From Macrostomum lignano (Eukaryota): a stretch of 50,930 nt of DNA. The position numbers and the translations under genes are program-made. The notes under the pieces were generated by a model that saw nothing but the letters and a program-made list of their open reading frames with translations, did no database searches and was not told the DNA's origin. Where the stretch lies: positions 1-50,930 of the forward strand of contig NIVC01004310.1 of NCBI GenBank assembly GCA_002269645.1. Reading direction: 5' to 3'. Below are positions 1-11,645 of the stretch, one piece after another (the stretch's first letter is position 1; every line of letters begins with the position of its first letter).

Positions 1-1605
1 CAAATTAGACATGAGATAAGAGACGCAACATATAGACATGAGAAAGAGAGCAAAGTAGACATGAGATAAAGACAAATTAGACATGAGATAAGAGACGCAA
101 AGTAGACATGAGATAAAGACGCAAATTAGACATGAGATAAGAGACGCAAAAGTAGACATGAGATAAGAGACGCAAGACATGAGATAAGAGACGCAAAGTA
201 GACATGGATAAGAGACACAAATAGACATGAGATAAGAGACGCAAATAGACATGAGATAAGAGACGCAAAGTAGACATGAGAAAGAGACGCAAAGTAGTCA
301 TGAGATAAGAGACGCAAAGTAGACATGGATAAGAGACACAAATTAGACATGAGATAAGAGACGCAAAGTAGACATGAAAGAGACGCAAAGTAGGTCCATG
401 AGATAAGAGACGCAAATTAGACATGAGATAAGAGACGCAAAGTAGACATGAGAAAAGAGACGCAAAGTAGGTCCATGAGATAAGAGACGCAAAGTAGACA
501 TGGATAAGAGACGCAAATTAGACATGAGAAAAGAGACAAAAGTAGACATGAGATAAGAGACACAAATTAGACATGAGATAAGAGACACAAATTAGACATG
601 AAAAAGAGACGCAAATTAGACATGAGATAAGAGACGCAAATTAGACATGAGATAAGAGACGCAAAGTAGGCATGAGATAGAGACGCAAATTAGACATGAG
701 ATTAAAGACGCAGAGTAGACATGAGATAAGAGACGCAAAGTAGGTCCATGAGATAAGAGACGCAAAAGACATGGATAAGAGACACAAATTAGACATGAGA
801 TAAGAGACGCAAAGTAGTCCATGAGATAAGAGACGCAGAGTAGACATGAGAAAGAGACGCAAAGTAGACATGAGATAAGAGACGCAAAGTAGACATGAGA
901 TTAAAGACGCAAAGTAGACATGAGATTTAAGACACAAAGTAGACATGAGAAAGAGACGCAAAGTAGACATGAGATTAGAACACAAAGTAGACATGAATAA
1001 AGACACAAATTAGACATGAGATAAAGAGACGCAAAGTAGGTCCATGAGATAAGACGCAAAGTAGACATGAGATAAGAGACGCAAAGTAGGTCCATGAGAT
1101 AAGAGACGCAGAGTAGACATGAGATAAGAGACACAAAGTAGGTCCATGAGATAAGAGACGCAAAGTAGACATGAGATAAGAGACGCAAAGTAGTCCATGA
1201 GATAAGAGACGCAGAGTAGACATGGGATAAGAGACGCAAAGTAGGTCCATGAGATAAGAGACGCAGAGTAGACATGAGATAAGAGACGCAAAGTAGGTCC
1301 ATGAGATAAGAGACGCAAAGTAGACATGAGATAAGAGACGCAAAGTAGGTCCATGAGATAAGAGACGCAAAGTAGACATGGATAAGAGACACAAAGTAGA
1401 CATGAGATAAGAGACACAAATTAGACATGAGATAAGAGACGCAAAGTAGACATGAGATTAAAGACGCAAAGTAGACATGAGATTAGAGACACAAAGTAGA
1501 CATGAGAAAAGAGACGCAAAGTAGACATGAGATTAGAGACACAAAGTAGGTCCATGAGATAAGAGACGCAAAGTAGACATGAGATAAGAGACGCAAAGTA
1601 GACAA
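1..1605. repeat. Minisatellite, ~25-28 bp unit (AGACATGAGATAAGAGACGCAAAGT with variants), probably in an upstream AP-2 intron
   Basis: Tandem copies read directly; runs off the window start and ends ~35 bp before the AG acceptor at 1640-1641. Confidence 0.95.
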
Positions 1606-1641
1606 CAACTGACCTTCTGAATTCATAAAAAATCTTCGCAG

Positions 1642-4600
1642 GCAAAGAACCCGCTAGACTCGACGAGTTGCGGCCTCAGCAGCAGCCGGTTCCGACCATA
1701 GACTACTGCAGCTCGGAGGCGTCCACAGACAACAACGGCGATGAAGAGTCAGAGGATGAGGACGCCGGCATCTGCGGGGTCGACGTTGACATCGAGAGCG
1801 GCGGCGGTGGCGGCGGCGGTGGCGAAGGTCAGGACTTCTTTTGCTCGGTTCCCGGCCGCCTCAGCCTGCTGTCCAGCACCTCCAAGTACCGGGTCACTAC
1901 CGCAGAGATTCAGCGCCGTCTGGGAGCGCCGGAGTGCCTGAATGCCTCGCTACTCGGCGGGGTGCTTCGAAGGGCGAAGAGCAAAGACGGCGGCCGGTCG
2001 CTGCGGAGCAGCCTGGACGGCATCGGGCTCAGCTTGCCGGCGGAGGGAAGGCGGCCGCGGTGACCCTGTTCACCTCGCTGGTGGAGGGTGAGGAGTTGGG
2101 GCGGTTGTCCAGCAACTGAGGATCTGGAGGCTGGTGCAGCAACTGAGGATCTGGGAGGCTGGTGCAGCAACTGAGGATCTGGAGAATGGCTCAGCAACTG
2201 AGGATCTGGGAAGGTCTCTACAAAAATGTATCGTTGACAGAAAATCTCGTTATATAGACTCGATTTTTCAAATTTCGGTAAAAACGACTAAATGAAGCAA
2301 CGTGGCTACTTACGACAGTATAGTTAACAGTGTCTTACAATGGGGGGCACAGAGATAGGTTTGAATATCAGACAGTTTACAATGCAACAAACCAAAACGA
2401 CCTCGGAGACATCTGAAACTCGAATTATTAAGTTAAAAGGAGTGCCAATTTATTTAAAAAAACGATTTTTCAGGCGAAGCGGTTCGTCTCGCCCGCGACT
2501 TCAACTTCCTTTGCGAGACGGAATTCCCGGCGAAGGCCTGCGCCGACGCTCTGGCCAGGGGCTGGCGGACTGAGGCGGCTGCGGCCTTGGAGCAGCAGCA
2601 ACAACAGCAACAACAACAACAGCAGCAGCAGCAGCAGCAGCAGTTGCTGCTGCAGCAACAGAGGCAAACGATTCAAACGGCCAGGTTAGTTAGCACTAGA
2701 ATTAACAGATTGAGTGAAAAGGAAAAAAGTCACAGAGAGAGAGAGAGACGGAAAGGGAGACAGGGAGAAGAGAGGGAGACAGAGAGGGAGAGAGAGAGAG
2801 AGAGGGAGACAGAGAAGGAGAGGGAGAGAGAGAGGCAGAGTGAGAGGAGATGGAGAGGGAGAGGAGAAGGAGACAGAGAGGGAGAGGGAGAGGGAGACAG
2901 AGAGGGAGAGGGAGACAGAGAGAGAGAGGGAGACAGAGAGGGAAGGGAGACAGAGAGAGAGAGGAGACAGAGAGGCAGAGGGAGACAGAGAGAGAGAGAG
3001 AGGGAGACAGAGAGAGAGGGAGACAGAGAAGGAGAGGAGAGAGAGGCAGAGTGAAAGGGAGATGGAGAAGGAGAGGGAGAAGGAGACAGAGAGGGAGAGG
3101 GAGACAGAGAGGGAGAGGGAGACAGAGAGAGAGAGGGAGACAGAGAGGGAGAGGAGACAGAGAGAGAGAGGGAGACAGGGAGAGAGAGGGAGACAGAGAG
3201 AGAGAGGAGACAGAGAGAGAGAGGGAGACAGGGAGAGAGAGGGAGACAGGGAGAGAGAGGGAGAGAGAGAGGGGAGACAGAGAAGGAGGGGGAGAGAGAG
3301 GCAGAGCGAGAGGGAGAGGGAGACAGAGAAGGAGGGGAGAGAGAGAGGCAGAGTGAGAGGGAGAGGGAGACAGAGAGAGAGAGGGAGACAGAGAGGGAGA
3401 GGGAGACAGAGAGAGAGAGGAGACAGAGAGAGAGAGGGAGACAGGGAGAGAGAGGGAGACAGAGAGAGAGAGGGAGACAGAGAGGGAGAGGGAGACAGAG
3501 AGAGAGAGGGAGACAGAGAGAGAGAGGGAGACAGGGAGAGAGAGGGAGACAGGGAGAGAGAGGGAGAGAGAGAGGGGGAGACAGAGAAGGAGGGGAGAGA
3601 GAGAGGCAGAGCGAGAGGGAGGGAGACAGAGAAGGAGGGGGAGAGAGAGAGCAGAGTGAGAGGGAGAGGAGACAGAGAGGAGAGGAGACAGAGAGAGAGA
3701 GGGAGACAGAGAGAGAGAGGGAGACAGAGAGAGAGAGGGAGACAGAGAGAGAGAGGGAGACAGGGAGAGAGAGGGAGACAGAGAGAGAGAGGGAGACAGA
3801 GAGGGAGAGGGAGACAGAGAGAGAGAGGGAGACAGAGAGAGAGAGGGAGACAGGGAGAGAGAGGGAGACAGGGAGAGAGAGGGAGAGAGAGAGGGGGAGA
3901 CAGAGAAGGAGGGAGAGAGAGAGGCAGAGCGAGAGGAGAGGGAGACAGAGAAGGAGGGGAGAGAGAGAGGCAGAGTGAGAGGGAGAGGGAGACAGAGAGG
4001 GAGAGGGAGACAGAGAGGGAGAGGGAGACAGAGAGAGAGAGGGAGACAGGAGAGGGAGACAGAGAGAGAGAGGGAGACAGAGAGAGAGAGGGAGACAGGG
4101 AGAGAGAGGGAGACAGAGAGAGAGAGGGAGACAGAGAGGGAGAGGGAGACAGAGAGAGAGAGGAGACAGAGAGAGAGAGGGAGACAGGGAGAGAGAGGGA
4201 GACAGGGAGAGAGAGGGAGAGAGAGGGGGACAGAGAAGGAGGGGGAGAGAGAGAGGCAGAGCGAGAGGAGAGGAGACAGAGAAGGAGGGGGAGAGAGAGA
4301 GGCAGAGTGAGAGGGAGAGGGAGACAGAGAGGGAGAGGGAGACAGAGAGGGAGAGGGAGACAGAGAGGGAGAGGGAGACAGAGAGGGAGAGGGAGACAGA
4401 GAGGGAGAGGGAGACAGAGAGGGAGAGGGAGACAGAGAGGGAGAGGGAGAGCAACCGCTCTCGCTCTGAGGATGGAGAGAGAGGGACAGAGATTAAGAGG
4501 GAGGGGAAATTGAGAAGGTGGCAGGGAGAGCGGGAGGACAGCAGCTTTGAAAAGACTCAACCAAACATTGAGGCAGTTAAATGAAATCCAGCTTAATCCA

Positions 4601-4949
4601 TATTCAATCTTTACCCGCGCGCAGGTGCCTCATCCAGGAGGTGGCGGAGCTGCTCAGCAAGGACCGCTCGCCGCTGTGCAACACCCGGCCGGCGCCGCTG
4701 CTGGACCTGGAGACCCAGCGGCAGCTGGCGCACTTCAGCCTCATCACCCACGGTTCGGGCGCGGCCCTCACCACCGCGCTCAGCGTCCTGCTGAGGATGC
4801 TGGCCGAGCTGAGCCTGCTGGCAGCTGGCGGTGGAGCCACGAGTAGCAACAGCGTCACCATGGCAACGGTTGCTAGGCGGAGTGTAAGCAGCAGCAGCAG
4901 TTCATTCTCGGCCCGGATCAATCGCCGGGAAGTGATAAGCAGTGACTGA
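1642..4949 (+). CDS. TFAP2: Transcription factor AP-2 family, 3' part; exons 1642-2087, 2474-2684, 4625-4949; frameshift near 2043
   Basis: Translation gives [58 protein letters not shown]|[17 protein letters not shown] and [17 protein letters not shown], the basic and helix-span-helix motifs of AP-2. GT-AG junctions at 2088/2473 and 2685/4624 keep frame. 5' exons lie outside the window. Confidence 0.93.
2108..2212 (+). repeat. 28-bp minisatellite (CAGCAACTGAGGATCTGGGAGGCTGGCC family), ~4 degenerate copies
   Basis: Copies start ~20 bp after the AP-2 donor; the same unit occurs at 16060-16372 and inverted at 30213-30510. Confidence 0.85.
2735..4510 (+). repeat. Polypurine (GA)n/GAGAGGGAGACA low-complexity tract filling AP-2 intron 2685-4624
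   Basis: About 1.75 kb almost entirely G and A on the + strand, punctuated by ACA. Confidence 0.95.
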
Positions 4950-4954
4950 CCAAG

Positions 4955-5125
4955 TGAACAGAGAGTGAACAGGGAGAGTGACGAGGGAGAGTGAATGGAG
5001 AGGGAGAGTGAATGGAGAGAGAGTGAACAGGGAGAGTGAACAGGGAGAGTGAACAGGGAGAGTGAACAGAGAGAGAGTGAACAGGGAGAGTGAACAGGGA
5101 GATTGAACAGGGAGAAAGTGAGAGT
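4955..5125 (+). repeat. 13-bp tandem repeat (GAGAGTGAACAGG) just after the AP-2 stop
   Basis: About 12 copies read directly. Confidence 0.85.
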
Positions 5126-5560
5126 GATTAGAAATTTGATTAACTTAAAGCGCAAAAATTCATTTGTATTTTCACCTTCTCAAGTGGCAGATGTCAGATT
5201 AATTAAATGCGCTCTAATAAATCGTAGCGTAAATGTTATCATTGCCGCTAATCTCTACTGAAAGTAATATTATATAGTCTATTATGTAACTTGAGAAATT
5301 CAAAAAACACTTACTTCACTTGTATATCTGCATTCTTGTTCTATCGGTGGTTTTGACTCGCCTCGTAATATTACTTATTTCATCTCACTAAACCGACTTC
5401 TGTACAGTGATCGCATTTTGTTAACATGCGCTCATGGCGTTTAAATTACGAGCTATATGATTTCCCGGAAAATAAACTCGATAAATGCAGCTACGTAAAA
5501 TTTATGCTAGAATATTTGGTGAGATGTGTGATTTTCAGATACTGCGAATTTTTTCGTTTT

Positions 5561-5785
5561 GTGTACACCCCGATCGATAATGTCTGCTGCAGACTTGTAC
5601 ACTCACTGAAGTCTAGTGTACACCCCGATCGATAATGTCTGCTGCAGACTTGTACACTCACTGAAGTCTAGTGTACACCCCGATCGATAATGTCTGCTGC
5701 AGACTTGTACACTCACTGAAGTCTAGTGTACACCCGATCGATAATGTCTGCTGCAGACTTGTACTCTTACTGAATTCTAGTGTAC
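5561..5785. repeat. 55-bp palindrome-rich tandem repeat, ~4 copies
   Basis: GTGTACACCCCGATCGATAATGTCTGCTGCAGACTTGTACACTCACTGAAGTCTA starts at 5561, 5616, 5671 and ~5726. Confidence 0.92.
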
Positions 5786-6211
5786 ACCTCAATCTACTAC
5801 TGAATGTACAGCCTATATTTTAATTTCTAAAATACAAATATATTATGATTTTGTAGTTGCAATATAATATCAAGTTTAGAAAGTTCTCAACCTAGGAATG
5901 AGCTCAAATTCATGGCTGTATGCAGTTAGCCATTGAGCTAAGTAGTTTTGCAACTCAGCCTAAATGACAGAGCGCACTGTTTTGCATGGCAACTCACAAG
6001 TAGTCCTCTTGAAGCCTCAGCTCAAAAGATATGACTCATAAACAGCTAACTCCCAGCATTAAGCTGCGAGAGGAAATGTAGATCTATTTTTAACTCCGGA
6101 CACCCGAGAGACCATCTTGCCTACCAAGTGTCGCCTAGCCCACACCCAGCACTAGATGCAGTGTCTGGAGTGACAACACTGGCTGGAAAAGATTTGCTTT
6201 TACGCTTCGTT

Positions 6212-6456
6212 TATGCGCTCTTGTGACTCTGCGCGCTTCTGCCAATATGCGCTCTTGTGACTCTGCGCGCTTCTGCCAATATGCGCTCTTGTGACTCTGC
6301 GCGCTTCTGCCAATATGCGCTCTTGTGACTGCGCGCTTCTGCAAATATGCGCTCCTGTGACTCTGCGCGCTTCTGCCAATATGCGCTCTTGTGACTCTGC
6401 GCGCTTCTGCCAATATGCGCTCTTGTGACTCTGCGCGCCTCTGCCAATATGCGCCT
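6212..6456. repeat. 34-bp tandem repeat (GCGCTCTTGTGACTCTGCGCGCTTCTGCCAATAT), ~7 copies
   Basis: Copies read directly. Confidence 0.92.
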
Positions 6457-7091
6457 CTGCTTGTTGATCCATTCCAAAAGAACTTTTAAAGAAGACTTTT
6501 AAACCGATCGCGCTTCCAAATCCAGTTTCCTTCATTCTCGCTCTCCTTGACTCGGTGGACCCGCAGTTTTATTTGCTCGCTCTGAACTGAGTCAAGCCGA
6601 GGGCCCAGCAGTTTGAGCAGGGTCAGCTGATCATCAGTTACTATATTTAGATCTGTAAAAAGCGCACAACTCTTCCCAGCAATTCCATCTTTTCTATTAT
6701 AATTTTCTATCCTAAGCATACGAGCTACAGCAACTCCGATTTTAATGGTCTGTTGTTAGAGAGTCCATGCTGCAATTGCTCGCAAGGCCAAGAGATGAGG
6801 CGGAGAGGGGAGGTGGGGTATCTCTGCTAATATTAACTGCCCCCCCCCTGCAGAGCAGCAGTACAGGGCGTGTCGTGGCGTCACAAGCCTTCTGCCTGAT
6901 ACTCCAGTTTTTCCTATCGTGCATTTCAAAGGACTTCGAATATTCGCCTGAATTAAGTTTGTAAGTTTAATATGATAAATATTGACTATAATTTGTAACT
7001 CTGGTCTCAACTCATACTGATTTCCTACGTCAAAGCTAAGGCGGCCCTTGCTTTATACCTGCTTTTATAATGTAGTGTACATGCATGCACT

Positions 7092-7390
7092 TGAGGGGCC
7101 TGAGGACGGTAGGGGCGGCTCACTGAGGGCCTGAGGAGGGTAGGGGCGGCTCACTGAGGGCCTGAGGAGAGTAGGGGCGGCTCACTGAGGGCCTGAGGAG
7201 GGTAGGGGCGGCTCACTGAGGGCCTAAGGAGGGTAGGGGCGGCTCACTGAGGGGCCTGAGGAGGGTAGGGGCGGCTCACTGAGGGCCTGAGGAGAGTAGG
7301 GGCGGCTCACTGAGGGCCTGAGGAGGGTAGGGCGGCTCACTGAGGGCCTGAGGAGGGTAAGGGCGGCTCACTGAGGGGCCTGAGGGGGGT
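7092..7390 (+). repeat. 31-bp G-rich minisatellite (CTGAGGAGGGTAGGGGCGGCTCACTGAGGGC), ~9-10 copies
   Basis: Copies read directly, period 31 (7131, 7162). Confidence 0.92.
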
Positions 7391-7717
7391 TAGCAGAGTT
7401 ACCCTTAATGAAATTATTGCAATTTTTAAGTTGCCAAAGATACAACAGACATTTTACGAGAGCTCATAAATACAAACAGGTGTACATCACAGATGAACAT
7501 AGGTGAACGGCCGAGATGCAAATATTGCTTTGTACCCCTGCTATAATTTCCACCTTTGTACCTGAAAATATGTAAGCAACAACAAACCATCAAACCATCA
7601 ATAAAGAACTTTTTTTAATTCATTTTCCTAAATTCGCATACAAAAAAACCGAAATCCGTTACAGACTACTCAAACAACAAGCTAAGTAGCAAGTAAAGAA
7701 TATTTTTATCGAACAAA

Positions 7718-8287
7718 ATGTCGTCAGACAAATTGCGTGACGGAGACGGGGAAGACAACAAAACCTGCGGCGGTGGCAGCGGCGGAGCTGGCGCAGACGC
7801 CAGAGAAGAGATGGAGAAGCTGTTCTTCGTGCTGCTGAAGCGCCAACAAATGCAGGAAGTTGTCCGCATGATGGGCTCCGAGTTCTGCTGTCCGGTGTGC
7901 CAGAACCTGGTCAGCCTGGCCACCCTGGCCAACTGCGGCCACATGTTCTGCCAGAAGTGCATCCGCACCTGGTGCGTGGACTACAACAGGCGCAACTGCC
8001 CCGTGTGCCGCGTGCAGATCGTTGCCAGAATCCGCGCCCTACCGGTGGACCGCTTCGTCCAGCGCTGCCTGGAGGAGGCCAACGATCGCGAGGCGCTCAA
8101 GGAGCTGCTGGCGGCCAGCGAAGAGGACTCCGGCCAGCAGGCGGTCATCTTCGAGAGCGACAGGGCGCAGGTGCGGTCAACTTCCGCTGCCACCTTCTTT
8201 AGCGGCGTCGGCTTCAGCGTGCGATCGACTTCGGTCACCTCAGCCACCGGAGCCACCGTCAGCAGCTTTGGAATCAGCAGCGACTGA
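7718..8287 (+). CDS. Intronless C3HC4 RING-finger protein (189 aa), RNF8-like RING region; probable E3 ubiquitin ligase
   Basis: CPVC-x11-CGHMFC-xx-C...CPVC motif preceded by a helical segment; GC-rich codon usage like neighbouring exons; AAAATG start and TGA stop. Confidence 0.85.
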   Translation: MSSDKLRDGDGEDNKTCGGGSGGAGADAREEMEKLFFVLLKRQQMQEVVRMMGSEFCCPVCQNLVSLATLANCGHMFCQKCIRTWCVDYNRRNCPVCRVQIVARIRALPVDRFVQRCLEEANDREALKELLAASEEDSGQQAVIFESDRAQVRSTSAATFFSGVGFSVRSTSVTSATGATVSSFGISSD

Positions 8288-8367
8288 CAAGAGACTGACA
8301 GCTGACAGGCTGGAGAGAGCTTTCTGAGAGGAAAATTCAGATTTAAATCACACAAAGTTAGATTGAG

Positions 8368-9840
8368 AATGTCTGACAAGAGCGGGTGATGAGTCTGACA
8401 AGAGTGGGTGATGAGTCTGACAAGAGTGGGTGATGAGTCTGACAAGAGTGGGTGATGAGTCTGACAAGAGCGGGTGAGAATGTCTGACAAGAGCGGGTGA
8501 GAATGTCTGACAAGAGCGGGTGAGAATGTCTGACAAGAGCGGGTGATGAGTCTGACAAGAGTGGGTGATGAGTCTGACAAGAGCGGGTGATGAGTCTGAC
8601 AAGAGCGGGTGATGAGTCTGACAAGAGCGGGTGATGAGTCTGACAAGAGCGGGTGAGAATGTCTGATAAGAGTGGGTGACGAGTCTGACAAGAGCGGGTG
8701 AGAATGTCTGATAAGAGTGGGTGACGAGTCTGACAAGAGCGGGTGAGAATGTCTGACAAGAGCGGGTGATGAGTCTGACAAGAATGGGTGAGAATGTCTG
8801 ACAAGAGTGGGTGAGAATGTCTGACAAGAGCGGGTGAGAATGTCTGACAAGAGCGGGTGAGAATGTCTGACAAGAGCGGGTGATGAGTCTGACAAGAGCG
8901 GGTGAGAATGTCTGACAAGAGCGGGTGATGAGTCTGACAAATATGGGTGAGAATGTCTGACAAGAGCGGGTGATGAGTCTGACAAGAGCGGGTGAGAATG
9001 TCTGACAAGAGCGGGTGATGAGTCTGACAAGAGCGGGTGAGAATGTCTGACAAGAGCGGGTGATGAGTCTGACAAGAGCGGGTGAGAATGTCTGACAAGT
9101 GCGGGTGACGAGTCTGACAAGAGTGGGTAACGAGTCTGACAAGAGTGGGTGAGAATGTCTGACAAGAGTGGGTGATGAGTCTGGCAAGAGTGGGTGACGA
9201 GTCTGACAAGAGCGGGTGAGAATGTCTGACAAGAGCGGGTGATGAGTCTGACAAGAGCGGGTGAGAATGTCTGACAAGAGCGGGTGATGAGTCTGACAAG
9301 AGTGGGTGAGAATGTCTGACAAGAGCGGGTGATGAGTCTGACAAGAGCGGGTGAGAATGTCTGACAAGAGCGGGTGATGAGTCTGACAAGAGCGGGTGAG
9401 AATGTCTGACAAGAGCGGGTGATGAGTCTGACAAGAGCGGGTGAGAATGTCTGACAAGTGCGGGTGACGAGTCTGACAAGAGTGGGTAACGAGTCTGACA
9501 AGAGTGGGTGAGAATGTCTGACAAGAGTGGGTGATGAGTCTGGCAAGAGTGGGTGACGAGTCTGACAAGAGCGGGTGAGAATGTCTGACAAGAGCGGGTG
9601 ATGAGTCTGACAAGAGCGGGTGAGAATGTCTGACAAGAGCGGGTGATGAGTCTGACAAGAGTGGGTGAGAATGTCTGACAAGTGCGGGTGACGAGTCTGA
9701 CAAGAGTGGGTAACGAGTCTGACAAGAGTGGGTGAGAATGTCTGACAAGAGTGGGTGATGAGTCTGGCAAGAGTGGGTGACGAGTCTGACAAGAGCGGGT
9801 GAGAATGTCTGACAAGAGTGGGTGAGAATGTCTGACAAGA
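8368..9840. repeat. Minisatellite of interspersed 22-bp and 23-bp units (TCTGACAAGAGCGGGTGATGAG / TCTGACAAGAGCGGGTGAGAATG)
   Basis: Read directly; the 45-bp dimer explains the 15-aa periodic minus-strand ORFs. Confidence 0.95.
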
Positions 9841-10547
9841 ACTCGCCAGTACTGACAAGGTGCCCCAGACTACAAAGAATCGCCCATTGCAGTTTTGCTA
9901 ACCCGAAAAATTCTGTAAATATTTTCAAGGCTGATGTAAGTTCACCGAGTACTTCAATATTTACTGTAATTTTTCTGAATGCCAATTATTTATCAGAGTT
10001 TCCTTTCCTTTCTAAAGCAATCGCTGAGCTGTAAACAGATCTTGTCATTTATGAATATAAATATTGGGAAGGAGCAGAACTATGATCCCAATACTTTACT
10101 TTCTTGAACTCAAATAAAAACAGAAATGTGCTGCATGACTTTATAGAAAGCAGTTATTATGAAACTATTTCCAAACGGACTGTTCCAGGCTGAGAAGCAG
10201 CTCATGTCGGTATATTTACAAGCCAAAGCAAACAACTAATACATAAATATCCCGCAGTTTGAGTGAATAAACAAAATTATAATTATTGATATGCTTGACA
10301 TAAAATGTAGATTTATTGGATTGACAAGCGTTCAACGCGATACAAGTTCGATGCCAAATAATAAATATAAATATTGTATCCATCGGAAGAACGAGCTACA
10401 CATACTACTGATAACTACTGAAAATAAGTAGAAGAGGGCAGGTTTTGTCTACAATTAATTTTAACAGAAATTTCTGGTCCACAGAACAAGCTGTTGGTGA
10501 TGAAACACGGAATGAAAAATGTGAAAAGAAGCCGATATTAAAGTAAT

Positions 10548-11645
10548 GGAGTGACACAAAAAATGACAAGATACCCAAATTGAAAGAATAGAGTGACACA
10601 AGGTGTGACAAGATACCCAAATTGAAGGAATGGAGTGACACAAGGTGTGACAAGATACCCAAATCGAAGGAATAGAGTGACACAAGGAGTGACAAGATAC
10701 CTAAATTGAAGGAATAGAGTGATACAAGATGTGACAAGACACCTAAATTGAAGGAATAGTGACACAAGGAGTGATGACACCCAAATTGAAGGAATAGAGT
10801 GATACAAGATGTGACAAGATACCCAAATTGAAGGAATAGAGTGACACAAGGAGTGACAAGACACCTAAATTGAAGGAATAGAGTGACACAAGGAGTGACA
10901 AGATACCCAAATTGAAGGAATAGAGTGACACAAGGAGTGACAAGATACCTAAATTGAAGGAATAGAGTGACACAAGGAGTGACAAGACACCTAAATTGAA
11001 GGAATAGAGTGACACAAGGAGTGACAAGATACCTAAATTGAAGGAATAGAGTGACACAAGGAGTGACAAGATACCTAAATTGAAGGAATAGAGTGACACA
11101 AGGAGTGACAAGATACCTAAATTGAAGGAATAGAGTGACACAAGGAGTGACAAGACACCTAAATTGAAGGAATAGTGACACAAGGAGTGATGACACCCAA
11201 ATTGAAGGAATAGAGTGACACAAGGAGTGACAAGATACCCAAATTGAAGGAATAGAGTGACACAAGGAGTGACAAGATACCCAAATTGAAGGAATAGAGT
11301 GACACAAGGAGTGACAAGATACCCAAATTGAAGGAATAGAGTGACACAAGGAGTGACAAGATACCCAAATTGAAGGAATGGAGTGACACAAGGTGTGACA
11401 AGATACCCAAATTGAAGGAATAGAGTGACACAAGGAGTGACAAGATACCCAAATTGAAGGAATGGAGTGACACAATGAGTGACAAGATACCCAAATTGAA
11501 GGAATGGAGTGACACAAGGAGTGACAATATACCCAAATTGAAGGAATGGAGTGACACAAGGAGTGATGACACCCAAATTGAAGGAATGGAGTGACACAAG
11601 GAGTGATGACACCCAAATTGAAGGAATAGAGTGACACAAGGTGTG
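10548..11645. repeat. 42-bp minisatellite (GAGTGACACAAGGAGTGACAAGATACCCAAATTGAAGGAATA), ~26 copies
   Basis: Copies read directly. Confidence 0.95.

Larger units (their letters stand above)
6486..10031 (-). pseudogene. Possible degraded spliced gene with a TPR-like segment; candidate exons ~10031-9847, ~6953-6721, ~6653-6486
   Basis: Acceptors TTTACAG and ATTCAG, donors GCGAGT and GTATGC. Joined reading gives SALKIFTEFFG..AILCSLGHLVST|GEYSKSFEMH (TPR-like) and HLNIVTDDQLTLLKLLGPRL. Needs an in-frame TAA and a frameshift; no family recognised with certainty. Confidence 0.25.

Noticed and set aside
77-1645. Many minus-strand ORFs (LRLLSHV repeats)
   Set aside because: Translations of the 25-28 bp minisatellite.
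2686-4560. Long RE/RG-rich and LS/LP-rich ORFs on both strands
   Set aside because: They are readings of the GA-rich AP-2 intron bounded by clear GT-AG sites.
10147-10209. Possible + strand mini-exon KAVIMKLFPNGLFQAEKQLMS with AG/GT ends
   Set aside because: No recognisable homology or partner exons.
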